Source of the DNA: an uncultured Acidobacteriota bacterium
Lineage (GTDB): Bacteria; Acidobacteriota; Vicinamibacteria; Fen-336
Assembly: GCA_963847655.1 (NCBI GenBank)
Contig: CAWKAS010000002.1
Location: 705,729-769,728 of the forward strand
Reading direction: 5' to 3'
Length of the DNA: 64,000 bases
The notes under the pieces were generated by a model. It did not search any database. It was not told the DNA's origin and worked only from the letters and a program-made list of their open reading frames with translations. Position numbers and translations under genes: made by a program. Within the stretch, counting starts at the first letter, position 1, and every line of letters starts with the position of its first letter. This document shows, piece by piece, positions 20,948 to 31,069 of the stretch.

Positions 20948-21736
20948 TCAGTCGATCTGGGCCTTGGAGGTGAGCTTGACGGTCACCTGGGTGCCCGCGT
21001 CGAGCTCGACCTCGACGCCGCGGGTGGCGAGAACGGCGGCTCCTCCGGCGGCCCCGCCGATGGCGGTGCCCTTGAGGGCGCCCTTGCCCCCGCCGGTGAT
21101 CGCGCCGATGACCGCACCGGCGGCGGCGGCGCCCCCGGCGATCTTCGCGTCCTTGCCCTTGCTCGACTCCGCGGTCACGTCGACCGCAGAGGCCTCGATC
21201 CGGTAGCTGCTGCCCCCGTCGCGGACCTCGTCGAACTCCATGACCAGGCGGGCGCGGCCCTTCACCCGGCCCGACTGCTTGGCCACGGTGACGCGGCCCA
21301 GCACCTCGGTGCCGGCCGGAAGGAGCACGCGCCCGGCGTCCGAGACGTCCTCGGCCAGGGTGGCGATCACGCGGTCCCCGACCTGGCTCGTGTTGGACGC
21401 CACCGTCGACCCGAGGACGAGGGGCAGGACGGTGCCGGCGGCGAGGACTCGGGGCTCGGGCGGCGGGTTCGACGTGAGAGCCGGGGTCGGGGCCTCCTCG
21501 GGTCGCGGGGCCGGCGCCGGGGCCTGCGCCGCGGCGGGAGGCGCGTACGCCTCGGAGCGCGGCGCCGCGGGCGCGGGCCGTGCTTCCTGGGGCGGTGCCG
21601 GGACGGCCTCGGTCGCCGGGGGCGTCGCCTCGGCCAACGCCTCGGCGTCGGCGGCCTTCTCCGGGGGCACCTGACCCTGGCACGCGATCACGCCCATGGC
21701 GAGCAGAACGACGAGAACGAACGGCATCCGCGTCAT
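20948..21736 (-). CDS. lipoprotein with a Pro/Ala-rich linker and a C-terminal glycine-zipper region
   Basis: The start is MTRMPFVLVVLLAMGVIACQG (lipobox). The ATG is at 21736 with a GGGAGGA RBS. …KIAGGAAAAGAVIGAITGGGKGALKGTAIGGAAGG glycine zipper. Confidence 0.6.
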   Translation of the reverse strand: MTRMPFVLVVLLAMGVIACQGQVPPEKAADAEALAEATPPATEAVPAPPQEARPAPAAPRSEAYAPPAAAQAPAPAPRPEEAPTPALTSNPPPEPRVLAAGTVLPLVLGSTVASNTSQVGDRVIATLAEDVSDAGRVLLPAGTEVLGRVTVAKQSGRVKGRARLVMEFDEVRDGGSSYRIEASAVDVTAESSKGKDAKIAGGAAAAGAVIGAITGGGKGALKGTAIGGAAGGAAVLATRGVEVELDAGTQVTVKLTSKAQID

Positions 21737-21883
21737 GACATCCTCCCTGGAGCCGGTCTCGCCGGCCCCGCGCTGTCCACTATAGGAGACGACACATGGG
21801 GTTGTCCGCGACGTGACGGGCGTCACCTCCCAGGGGCGGGCACCGGTTGTCCCGGAGGGTGAAGGAAGGCAAGATGGGGCGCC

Positions 21884-23281
21884 ATGAAGAAGATCCTGCT
21901 CACCGTACTCGCCCTCTCCGCGGTCGTGCTCGTCGTCGCCCTGCTGTACGGCGCCCACCTGGTCGGAAAGCTGAACTCGCCGGAGTTCCGGGAGCAGGTG
22001 CGGGCCGAGGTCTCACGCCAGCTCGGCGCGGAGGTCCGGCTGGAGGAGATGGACATCTCCCTCCTGTCGGGCGTGACCCTCCGGGGTGTGGCCGTGGCCA
22101 ACCCCGCGCCCTTCGAGGGGGACCTCTTCAACGCCCGGTCCTTCGAGCTCCGCTACAAGCTGAGGCCCCTGCTCTCGGGACGGGTGGAGGTCGAGCGGCT
22201 CGTGCTCGAGAAGCCCGTCCTCGGCCTGATCGTGGACGAGGACGGCCGCTTCAACTACGAGGCCCTCGGGAGCGAGGAGCGGGTAGCGGCCGGTCGGGAG
22301 CGACCCGGCGCCACGTCCACGAAGCCCGCGGACTCACCGGCCGACGCCGAGACCGGCGCAGCCGAGGCGGGCGCGAGCCTGGACATCGTGGTCTCGGAGG
22401 TCAAGGTGAGCGACGCCCAGCTCACGATGGTCGACGAGGACGACGCGAACCTCATGACGATCGAGGACGCCAACTTCACCGCGGCGCTGGAGGTGATCGG
22501 CGGCGTCACCCAGGGCCAGGCCAGGGCCTCGATCGGCACCGTCAGCCTGGCCGACATGCTCTTCGTGCGCCGGATCGAGGCCCCGCTCACGATGTCCAAG
22601 CAGCAGGTCCAGCTCTCCCCCATCTCGGGGGAGGTGGCCGGGGGCAAGGCGACCGGCGACATGACCACCCACCTGCAGGACGGCTTCCGCTACGAGGGGA
22701 AGCTGGAGCTCTCCGGGGTGTCGGTCGAGACCCTCCTTCAGGAGGCCCGGTCGCCCCTCCGGGTGGACGGGACCCTCCAGGGCGCCTTGAGCTTCGAGGG
22801 AACCGGGCCGATGTCCACCCTGAAGGCCCGGGGGCACGCCGACGTCGTGGACTGCCGGATCAAGGACTCGAACATGCTGGCGCTGCTCTCCAGCGTCCTC
22901 AAGGTGCCGGAGCTGGCGAGCCCGGAGTTCGAGGAGTGCCGGGTCGAGTACTCCCTGGCCCACAACGTGCTCTCCACCCCGGTCCTGAGCCTCAAGGGGC
23001 AGGCGATGCAGGTCGCCGGCAAGGGGAGGCTCAACCTGATTCACTCCACCCTGGACTACGATCTCAAGCTCGCCCTGACCGAGGCCCTGTTGAACAAGAT
23101 CACCGTGCCGCAGCTGCGGGGGGCCTTCGAGCCGCGCGGCGATGGCTTCTCGGAGATCGCGTTCCGGGCCTACGGGACCACGGACGCGCCGGAGACCGAC
23201 CTCCTCTCGAGGGTGGGGCGGGCCGCGGCCGAGGACGTGGTCAAGGAACAGGCCAACAAGCTGCTGAAGAAGCTCTTCTGA
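21884..23281 (+). CDS. AsmA-family outer-membrane assembly protein
   Basis: An N-terminal TM anchor is followed by an AsmA-like region (465 aa). Confidence 0.65.
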   Translation: MKKILLTVLALSAVVLVVALLYGAHLVGKLNSPEFREQVRAEVSRQLGAEVRLEEMDISLLSGVTLRGVAVANPAPFEGDLFNARSFELRYKLRPLLSGRVEVERLVLEKPVLGLIVDEDGRFNYEALGSEERVAAGRERPGATSTKPADSPADAETGAAEAGASLDIVVSEVKVSDAQLTMVDEDDANLMTIEDANFTAALEVIGGVTQGQARASIGTVSLADMLFVRRIEAPLTMSKQQVQLSPISGEVAGGKATGDMTTHLQDGFRYEGKLELSGVSVETLLQEARSPLRVDGTLQGALSFEGTGPMSTLKARGHADVVDCRIKDSNMLALLSSVLKVPELASPEFEECRVEYSLAHNVLSTPVLSLKGQAMQVAGKGRLNLIHSTLDYDLKLALTEALLNKITVPQLRGAFEPRGDGFSEIAFRAYGTTDAPETDLLSRVGRAAAEDVVKEQANKLLKKLF

Positions 23282-23296
23282 CGGAGTCTGACGGAA

Positions 23297-23367
23297 GGGG
23301 TCAGGTCTCGAATGTGGCATCGCGGGTGAGAACGACAGGGCGATGCAACATCGGTGGACCTGACCCC
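23297..23367. repeat. REP-like palindromic element, copy e
   Basis: GGGGTCAGGTCTCGAATGTGGCATCGC-N19-GCGATGCAACATCGGTGGACCTGACCCC. Confidence 0.7.
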
Positions 23368-23384
23368 AGGACGTCCGAACGACG

Positions 23385-24215
23385 TCAGGCGTCGACGAAG
23401 TCGACCACCACCCGGTGCGGGATGACGCCGGCCTCGTGGCCCCGGTCCAGGAACGTCTGGACGGCGCGGCGGCCGCGCTCGCCGATGTCGAGGGTCATGT
23501 CGTTGACCCACATCCCCACGAAGCGGTCGGCCACCTTCGGGTCCATCCCTCGGGCGAAGCTCATCGCGTACTCGAGGGCGGCCTCCCGGTTCTCCAGGGA
23601 GTGACGGACGGTCTCGCGCACCAGGCGCGTGAGCTGGGCCATCCGCTCCGGCCCGAGGTCGCGGCGCACGGCGTTGCCGCCCATGGGCAGCGGCAGCCCG
23701 GTCTCGCCCTTCCACCACTCCCCCAGGTCGAGGACCTTCACCAGGCCGCGCCCGCCGTACGTGAGCTGCCCCTCGTGGATGATCAGGCCCACGTCGGCGC
23801 GACCCTCGTCCACCTCGTCCAGGATCCGGTCGAAGGGCACCACGCGGGTCTCGACCTCCGGCGCCAGCAGCTTGAGGGCGAGACAGGCCGACGTCAGGGT
23901 GCCCGGCACCGCCACCGTCTTCTCGACCACGCGGGCGGGATCGAGGGGCTCGCGGGCCACGAGGAGGGGACCGTAGCCGTCGCCGATGCTCCCCCCGCAG
24001 GGCATGAGGGCGTACGTGTCGGCCACGTAGGGATAGGCGTGGAACGAGAGGGCGGTGACCTCGTGGCGACCCTCCCGGGCGTGCCGGTTCAGGGTCTCGA
24101 TGTCCGCGAGCTGGTGGGTGACCTCGAGGTCCCCGGTGGGCACCCCCCCCCGGGCGAGGCCGTAGAACATGAACGCGTCGTCGCTGTCGGGGCTGTGGGC
24201 GATCGTGATCTTCAT
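23385..24215 (-). CDS. mqnD: futalosine-pathway menaquinone biosynthesis protein, MqnA/MqnD family (probably 1,4-dihydroxy-6-naphthoate synthase)
   Basis: MKITIAHSPDSDDAFMFYGL… resembles the MqnD N-terminus (SPCPNDTF). The length is 276 aa. Confidence 0.5.
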   Translation of the reverse strand: MKITIAHSPDSDDAFMFYGLARGGVPTGDLEVTHQLADIETLNRHAREGRHEVTALSFHAYPYVADTYALMPCGGSIGDGYGPLLVAREPLDPARVVEKTVAVPGTLTSACLALKLLAPEVETRVVPFDRILDEVDEGRADVGLIIHEGQLTYGGRGLVKVLDLGEWWKGETGLPLPMGGNAVRRDLGPERMAQLTRLVRETVRHSLENREAALEYAMSFARGMDPKVADRFVGMWVNDMTLDIGERGRRAVQTFLDRGHEAGVIPHRVVVDFVDA

Positions 24216-24330
24216 GGCTCGGGATCCAGAACGCCATGATAGCAGGCAGCCAACACTCGGTTGCGGGAGGCGCTCCCTCGCGTCAAGATGCGCCCCACGC
24301 TCCCCGGGGACGGGGGCGCGAGGAGGCCAC

Positions 24331-25248
24331 GTGAACGATCAGGCCCTGGTGCTCAGGGGCGTGTCCAAGTCCTTCGCCTCCCACGCGGCGGTGAAGGACC
24401 TGTCGCTGGACGTGGCCCGGGGCGCCGTGTTCGGCTTGCTCGGCCCCAACGGGGCGGGCAAGACGACCACGCTGCGCATGGTGATGGACATCCTCGGCGC
24501 CGACTCCGGGTCGATCGAGATCCTCGGGCGCCCCGCCGATCGGGCCGCCCGCGACCGGATCGGCTACATGCCCGAGGAGCGGGGCCTCTACCCGCGCATG
24601 ATGCTCGAGGAGCAGCTCGTCTTCATGGCCTCGATCAAGGGCCTGGGGCGGAAGGAGGCGGCGCGGCGCCTGGGCCCCTGGCTCGAGCGCCTGGGCCTCG
24701 CCGACTGGCGCCAGCGCAAGACCAACGAGCTGTCCAAGGGCATGCAGCAGAAGGCGCAGTTCGTCGCCACCGTCCTCCACGAGCCGGAGCTGCTCATCAT
24801 GGACGAGCCCATGAGCGGGCTCGACCCGGTGGGCATGGACGTCATGCGGGACGTCATGGTCGACCTCAGCCGGCGGGGGGCAACCATCGTGCTCTCCAGC
24901 CACCAGATGGACACGGTGGAGAAGCTCTGCGACCGCGTCGCCCTCATCAACAAGGGAGAGAAGGTGCTCGACGGGGCGGTGAGCGAGGTGAAGGCCCGCC
25001 ACGGCACGAACACGCTGGTCCTCGCCTTCGACGGCGACGGCTCCTTCCTCTCCTCCCTGCCCGGCGTGGCCCGGGTCTCCGACTTCGGGCAGTACGTGGA
25101 GATCCGCATGGGCGACGGCGCCGACCCCCAGTCGATCCTGCGCGAGGCGGCGGCCCGCCTCAGCGTCCGTCGCTTCGAGATCGTGGTGCCGAGCCTGCAC
25201 GACGTCTTCGTGGAGACGGTGACCGGCCCCGGAGAGGAGGCGGCATGA
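24331..25248 (+). CDS. ABC transporter ATP-binding protein (ABC-2 exporter type)
   Basis: Walker A (GPNGAGKTT), signature (LSKGMQQK) and Walker B (LLIMDEP) motifs are present. The GTG start at 24331 follows a GGAGG RBS. Confidence 0.85.
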   Translation: MNDQALVLRGVSKSFASHAAVKDLSLDVARGAVFGLLGPNGAGKTTTLRMVMDILGADSGSIEILGRPADRAARDRIGYMPEERGLYPRMMLEEQLVFMASIKGLGRKEAARRLGPWLERLGLADWRQRKTNELSKGMQQKAQFVATVLHEPELLIMDEPMSGLDPVGMDVMRDVMVDLSRRGATIVLSSHQMDTVEKLCDRVALINKGEKVLDGAVSEVKARHGTNTLVLAFDGDGSFLSSLPGVARVSDFGQYVEIRMGDGADPQSILREAAARLSVRRFEIVVPSLHDVFVETVTGPGEEAA

Positions 25249-26502
25249 CGGCCAAGCTCCGGGCGGTCATCCGCCGCGAGTACCTCGAGCGCGTCCGCAG
25301 CAAGGCGTTCATCATCGGGACCATCCTGGGCCCCATCCTCATGGGACTGATCATGGTCCTGCCGGTGCTGATCATGGGCCAGGGCGGGGGCAAGCTGCTG
25401 CGGGTGGCCGTCCTCGACGCCAGCGGCACCCTCCAGTCGCAGGTGGAGGAGTCCCTGCGGAAGGCCCGCCGGGACGACGAGCCGCGCTTCGACGTCCGTC
25501 CCTCAGGGGAGGGAACGGCCCGGGTCCGGGAGGAGGCCCTCAAGAAGGCGGTGCTGGACGGAGACCTCGACGGCTACCTGCTCCTGCCCGAGGACGCGGT
25601 CGAGGCCTCGACCGCCCGTTACTACGGACGGACGGTGAGCAACCAGCGCGACCTCAACATGATGCGCTGGACGGTCCGTGACCTCCTGGTCGCGCACCGT
25701 CTCGCCGGGGCGGGCCTGGACCCCGATCGAGGTGCAGGAGCTCACACGGGACATGGAGTGGCGCACCATCCGCCTCAGCGAGGAGGGCGAGCGCGAGGAC
25801 GAGGGCACGGGGATTCTCCTGGCCATCGTCCTGCTCATGATCCTGTACACCAGCATCCTCATGTGGGGCCAGGTCGTGATGGGCGGGGTCATCGAGGAGA
25901 AGAGCAGCCGGGTCATCGAGGTGGTGGCCTCCGGCGTCCCTCCCACCCAGCTCCTCGCGGGGAAGCTCCTCGGGGTGGGGGCGGCGGGGCTGACCCAGTT
26001 CCTCGTGTGGTCCCTCTCGCTGCTGGGGATCTCCCTGGCCACCGCCGGGCCCATGGCCGCCGGCCTCCCCATCCCCGAGATCCGGCCCCTGGTGCTCGTC
26101 TCCTTCGTGGTGTTCTTTCTCCTGGGGTACGCCTTCTACGCGTCTCTCTACGCGGCGATCGGGGCCGCGGTCAACACCATGCAGGAGGCCCAGAACTTCA
26201 TCTTCCCGGTCATCATCCCGCTGATCCTCGGGCTCGTGTGCTTCCCGGTGATCCTGGAGTCGCCGGACAGCAGCCTCGCCGTCGCCCTCTCGCTCATCCC
26301 CTTCCTGACCCCGCTGCTGATGTTCCTGCGCATCGTGATCCTCACGCCGCCGTGGTGGCAGATCGCCCTCTCCCTGGCCCTCATGGGGCTGGCGATCTGG
26401 GGCGTCCTGTGGGTCGCGGGGCGCATCTACCGCGTGGGCATCCTGATGTACGGGAAGAAGCCGACCTTCCCCGAGCTCGTGCGCTGGGTGCGGCACGCCT
26501 GA
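25245..26502 (+). pseudogene. ABC-2 family permease interrupted by a +1 frameshift in a C4 run (~25721-25724)
   Basis: The N-terminal part (MTAKLRAVIRREYLERVRSKAFIIG…GLDP) is in frame 0 and the rest (IEVQELTRDMEWRTIRL…) in frame +1. Removing one C restores …GLDPIEVQEL…. This could be a sequencing error. Confidence 0.6.
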
Positions 26503-26570
26503 GCCTCCCGGCCCCGCTCGCGCCGGCCGGCGGGGCGAGGTATAAAGGGCCGGGCAGGAGAGCCAACGAC

Positions 26571-26954
26571 ATGACCGCCGCCGAGACCGTCCCCCTGCGC
26601 CGCTACCGCGGCGTCCTCGTCTGGATCGACGCGGACGGCAAGCGCGTGCGCCAGGGCCTCATCGACCACGCCATCATGCGCGAGCAGGGGCTGAAGATCG
26701 CCTTCACCAGCGCCGGGCAGCCCTACAACGTCACCCTGCGGCCGGCCGCGAGCGACACCCTGGAGGGCATGTGGACGCGTGGCCTCGAGGGGCAGCTCGT
26801 CAGCGGCGCCGCCCAATGTCGCGTGTCCCCTTGCGGGGCCTTCCTCGTCCAGCCGGGCCGCAACAACCTCAAGCTCGAGGGGGTCTGGCAGGAGGACGGG
26901 CAGTGGGACTGGGTGGCGAAGCTCCGGCCCCTGCCCTCGTCGGCGGACCGATAG
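26571..26954 (+). CDS. hypothetical protein
   Basis: MTAAETVPLRRYRGVLVWIDADGKRVRQGLIDHAIMREQGLKIAF… with a GGCAGGAGAG RBS. Confidence 0.45.
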   Translation: MTAAETVPLRRYRGVLVWIDADGKRVRQGLIDHAIMREQGLKIAFTSAGQPYNVTLRPAASDTLEGMWTRGLEGQLVSGAAQCRVSPCGAFLVQPGRNNLKLEGVWQEDGQWDWVAKLRPLPSSADR

Positions 26955-28140
26955 CTACCCCCCGGAGTCGGCGGCCTCGGCGTGGAGCCCCGGCGGCGTG
27001 TCGTCGTCGAGGGAGTCGAGGTAGCCGTCGGGAAGGGCGACCCTCTGGGTGCCGCTCGTCTTCCCCCGCGGCACGCGCATGGCCTCCGGGGGGTACGGGA
27101 GCGAGCGGTCGATCCCGGCGAGCACGTCCTCGAGCTCGCCGAGGGCCACCACCTGCATGAGCCTCTGGCGCAGCGGCGCGCTCCCGGGGAAGCACTTGGT
27201 GTACCAGCTGGAGTGCTTGCGGAAGGCCCGCATGGCCGCGAGCTCGTCGCCCAGCCACTCCGCCAGACGGCGCGCGTGCTCGAGCATCACGTCCACCACC
27301 CCCCCGAGGAGGGGCGGGTCCTGTGGCTCGCGGCCCTCGAAGACGTCGGCGAGGTCGCGGAAGAGCCAGGGCCGGCCCAGGCAGCCCCGCCCCACGACCA
27401 CGCCGTCGCAGCCCGTCGTGCGCATCATCCGCAGGGCGTCCCCGGCCTCCCAGATGTCGCCGTTGCCGAGGACGGGGATGCGCGTCACCACCCGCTTCAG
27501 CTCGGCGATGGCCTCCCAGCGCGCCTCGCCGTCGTAGAGCTGGGCCGCGGTGCGGGCGTGCAGCGCCACCGCCACGCACCCCTCCTCCTGGGCGATGCGG
27601 CCGGCCTCGAGGTGGGTCTCGTGCGCGTCGTCGATCCCGATCCGGAACTTGAGGGTCACCGGAACCGCGCCCGCGGCCTCGACCGCGGCCCGCACGATGT
27701 TCCGCAGGAGGCGCGGCTTCAGGGGGATGGCCGCCCCCCCGCCCCTGCTGGTCACCTTGCGGACCGGGCAGCCGAAGTTCATGTCGAGGTGGTCCACCCG
27801 GTCCTCGCCCACGAGCAGCCGCACCGCCTCGCCCACGTAGTGGGGGTCCACGCCGTACAGCTGCAGGCTCCGTGTCGCCTCGTCGGGGCCCGAAGCTCGC
27901 CAGGAGCAGGGTCTTGCGGTTGCCCTCCACCAGCGCCCGGGCGGTGATCATCTCGCTCACGTAGAGGCCGGCCCCGTAGCGGCGGCACAGGTCCCGGAAG
28001 GGCGGGTTCGTCACCCCCGCCATGGGGGCGAGGACGACGGGCGGCCAGACCCGGATCGGGCCGACCCGCAGAGCCGGAAACTCCCCCGGCGCCACCGGGG
28101 GCACGTCGCGGTTCAGGGGACTGCGGTAGACGGGATCCAT
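26955..28140 (-). pseudogene. dus: tRNA-dihydrouridine synthase (Dus) with a 1-nt frameshift in a G4/C4 run (~27885-27888)
   Basis: The N-terminus (…VLAPMAGVTNPPFRDLCRRYGAGLYVSEMITARALVEGNRKTLLLASFGP) is in one frame and the remainder (DPHYVGEAVRLL…MNFGCPVRKV…) in another. Deleting one C gives ASFGPDEATRSLQLYGVDPHYV, which is an intact Dus. This could be a sequencing error. Confidence 0.6.
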
Positions 28141-28160
28141 CGCCGCGGGAGAGCCGGCGT

Positions 28161-29495
28161 CTAGCTCTTCGGCTCGTCGATGTGGACGAGGTAGTCCGGC
28201 GCCTGGCTGTCGAGAAAGTGGAGGTTCAGCCGCCGGATCTTGTCCCTCCCCACGTAGGTTCCGCGGACCTCGGCCCGCGTCTTGAAGGGGCCGCCCACCT
28301 CCTCGAGATAGACCACGTCGCCGGGGCTGAGCGAGGCGAAGGTGGTCATCACCCGCGCGCCGCCCCGGCCCACGTTCTCGGCGATGGTGCGCTCCTCCTG
28401 CAGCACCGTCCCCAGGGTGCCCTCCCGGCGCAGCACGAAGTTGACGAAGATGTCGAGGCGGGTCACCCGCCGACGGTCGACCGGCGTGGGCGCGGAGGTC
28501 GAGGAGGGGGTCGGGCCACCAGCCCCACCCACCGCCGGCATCCCCGAGGTGGGCAGCGTGTCCTCGAGGGCGCCGGAGGCGGTCATGAGCTGGGCCTCAC
28601 GGAGGGCGTCGGCCATGGCCGCGGCGGAGTCGAAGCGGTCGGCCCGGTCCTTGGCCAGCGCACGGCGCAGGACCGACACCGCGGGGAGCGGGATGCGGCC
28701 GGCCACCGGCCCGTCGAAGGGGACCTGGTCCTGGATGTGCTTGAAGAGCGTGGCCACCGGAGTCTCCCCGCGGAAGGGCACCTGGCCGGTGAACATCTCG
28801 TAGATCATGATCCCCAGGGAGTAGATGTCGGAGCGGTGGTCGATCTTCTCGCCGATGCACTGCTCGGGGCTCATGTACTCGGGGGTGCCCATGATCTGAC
28901 CGGTGGTGGTGAGCCCGCCGCCGGTGCGGTCGGCGCCCGCGGTCTTGGCGATCCCGAAGTCCATCAGGCGGACCACCCCGCGGGCGTCCCGCATGATGTT
29001 GGAGGTCTTGAGGTCGCGGTGGACGAGGCCGACCTCGTGGATGGCCTGGAGCCCGTCCGCGGCCTGGATGGCGATGTCGAAGGCCTCGTCGATGGCGATC
29101 AGCCCCCCCTGCTCACGGGCGAGCTGCCGCAGGTCCAGGCCCTCCACGAACTCCATGGAGATGAAGCGCATCCCCTGGTCTTCGCCGTACTCGTGATAGC
29201 GGCAGGCATTGCGGTGAGAGACCTTCCGCGCGAGCTTGATCTCGTGGCGGAAGCGCTGGGCCATCTCCGGGGTGTTGGCGAGCTCGGCGCGCAGCACCTT
29301 GATCGCCACGTCCTCCTCGAGCATGCGGTCGTGGGCCTTGTAGACCATGCCCATCCCGCCCCGGCCGAGGGGGCTCACGACCTCGTAGCGGTTCGCGATC
29401 AGGGAGCCCTGGGTGAGCGCGCCGAGGGCGCGCCCGCAAGTGAAGCAGGCCTCGGCCGAGTCGTCGTTGGACGCCTTGCAGGAGGGACAGATCAT
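28161..29495 (-). CDS. Ser/Thr protein kinase with an N-terminal zinc ribbon and a C-terminal PilZ-like domain
   Basis: CPSCKA…CFTCG; kinase motifs VAIK, HRDLKTSN, DFG and TPEYMSPE. The C-terminus (RRRVTRLDIFVN…SLSPGD…GG) is PilZ-like. Confidence 0.8.
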   Translation of the reverse strand: MICPSCKASNDDSAEACFTCGRALGALTQGSLIANRYEVVSPLGRGGMGMVYKAHDRMLEEDVAIKVLRAELANTPEMAQRFRHEIKLARKVSHRNACRYHEYGEDQGMRFISMEFVEGLDLRQLAREQGGLIAIDEAFDIAIQAADGLQAIHEVGLVHRDLKTSNIMRDARGVVRLMDFGIAKTAGADRTGGGLTTTGQIMGTPEYMSPEQCIGEKIDHRSDIYSLGIMIYEMFTGQVPFRGETPVATLFKHIQDQVPFDGPVAGRIPLPAVSVLRRALAKDRADRFDSAAAMADALREAQLMTASGALEDTLPTSGMPAVGGAGGPTPSSTSAPTPVDRRRVTRLDIFVNFVLRREGTLGTVLQEERTIAENVGRGGARVMTTFASLSPGDVVYLEEVGGPFKTRAEVRGTYVGRDKIRRLNLHFLDSQAPDYLVHIDEPKS

Positions 29496-29694
29496 GGGCG
29501 GATCCTCTGCGGACCCGTCCTATTCTCTATCGGAAAGCCTGCTCGCTGCATGGAGGGATGCCGAAAATCGCCCCGCGGCCTCCGGGGCTGGCACCGTCGG
29601 CCCGCGCCTCCGGGGACGCGTACGTGCCGCCGAGGATAGCACTTCCGTCAAGCGGCGGTTCGGTGCAGCGACGGCGGCGTATGATGGGGAGGTC

Positions 29695-31062
29695 ATGCCC
29701 CTCGAGTCCCTCAATCCCGCCACCGACGAGACCCTGCGCGCCTACGAAGAAACCCCTCCGGAGGAGGTGGCCACGATCCTCACCGCCGCCCGCGCCGCCT
29801 TCGGTCGCTGGCGGCGCGCCTCCTTCGCCGAGCGCGCCGTGCCCTTGCGCCGCGCCGGCGAGCTCCTGCGCGAGCGCCGCGAGGAGCTTGCCCGCCTCAT
29901 GGCCTTCGAGATGGGCAAGCCGCTGGCCCAGGGCCGGGCCGAGGCCGACAAGTGCGCCTGGGTCTGCGACCACTACGCCCGGGGCGCTGCGGGCTTCCTC
30001 GCCCCCGAGGACGTCTCGACCGACGCCACGCGCAGCTACGTGTCCTTCGAGCCCCTCGGCGTGGTCCTCGCGGTGATGCCCTGGAACTTCCCCCTCTGGC
30101 AGGTGTTCCGCTTCGCCGCCCCCGCGCTCATGGCCGGGAACGCGGGCCTCCTCAAGCACGCCTCGAACGTCTCCGGCTGCGCCCTCGCCCTCGAGGCCCT
30201 CCTTCACGACGCCGGGATTCCCCGCGACCTCTTCCGCACGCTGCTGATCGGCTCTGGGCGCGTGGGCGCCCTCATCGAGGCCCCCGAGGTCGCGGCGGTG
30301 ACCCTCACCGGCTCCACCCCGGCCGGGCGGGCCGTGGCCGAGAAGGCCGGGGCCTGCTTGAAGAAGGTGGTCCTCGAGCTCGGCGGCAGCGACCCGTACG
30401 TGATCCTCGAGGACGCCGACCTCGACGAGGTCGCCGAGATCTGCGCCGCCGCCCGCCTCGTCAACGGGGGGCAGAGCTGCATCGCGGCCAAGCGCTTCGT
30501 CGTCGTGGAGGATGTGCTCGAGCCCTTCGTGGAGCGGCTCGTCGAGCGCATGAAGGCGCGGCGCGTGGGCGACCCCCTCGACGAGGGGACCGACGTCGGC
30601 CCCCAGGCCCGGCGGGACCTGCGTGACGACCTCCAACGCCAGGTCCAGGCCAGCGTCGCGGCCGGGGCCCGCGTCCGCCTCGGGTGCCAGGTCCCCGAGG
30701 GACCGGGGGCCTTCTACCCCCCGAGCGTCCTGACCGACGTGGGCCCGGGGATGCCCGCCTACGAGGAGGAGCTCTTCGGTCCGGTGGCCGCGGTCCTCGC
30801 CGCCCGCGACGAGACGGACGCCATCCGTATCGCCAACGACACCGCCTTCGGCCTCGGCGCCGCCGTCTTCACCCGGGACCGGGCCCGAGGCGAGCGGATC
30901 GCCCGCGAGGAGCTCGAGGCCGGGGCCTGCTTCGTCAACGCCTTCGTCAGGTCCGACCCTCGACTTCCCTTCGGCGGCGTCAAGGAGTCCGGCTACGGCC
31001 GCGAGCTGGGCGTCTTCGGGATCCGCGAGTTCGTGAACGTCAAGACGGTGTACGTCGCGTAG
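29695..31062 (+). CDS. NAD(P)-dependent aldehyde dehydrogenase (succinate-semialdehyde dehydrogenase-like)
   Basis: ELGGSDP and GQSCIAAKR catalytic-Cys motifs are present. The ATG at 29695 has a GGGGAGG RBS. The track ORF is N-extended. Confidence 0.85.
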   Translation: MPLESLNPATDETLRAYEETPPEEVATILTAARAAFGRWRRASFAERAVPLRRAGELLRERREELARLMAFEMGKPLAQGRAEADKCAWVCDHYARGAAGFLAPEDVSTDATRSYVSFEPLGVVLAVMPWNFPLWQVFRFAAPALMAGNAGLLKHASNVSGCALALEALLHDAGIPRDLFRTLLIGSGRVGALIEAPEVAAVTLTGSTPAGRAVAEKAGACLKKVVLELGGSDPYVILEDADLDEVAEICAAARLVNGGQSCIAAKRFVVVEDVLEPFVERLVERMKARRVGDPLDEGTDVGPQARRDLRDDLQRQVQASVAAGARVRLGCQVPEGPGAFYPPSVLTDVGPGMPAYEEELFGPVAAVLAARDETDAIRIANDTAFGLGAAVFTRDRARGERIAREELEAGACFVNAFVRSDPRLPFGGVKESGYGRELGVFGIREFVNVKTVYVA

Positions 31063-31069
31063 ACGCGGG

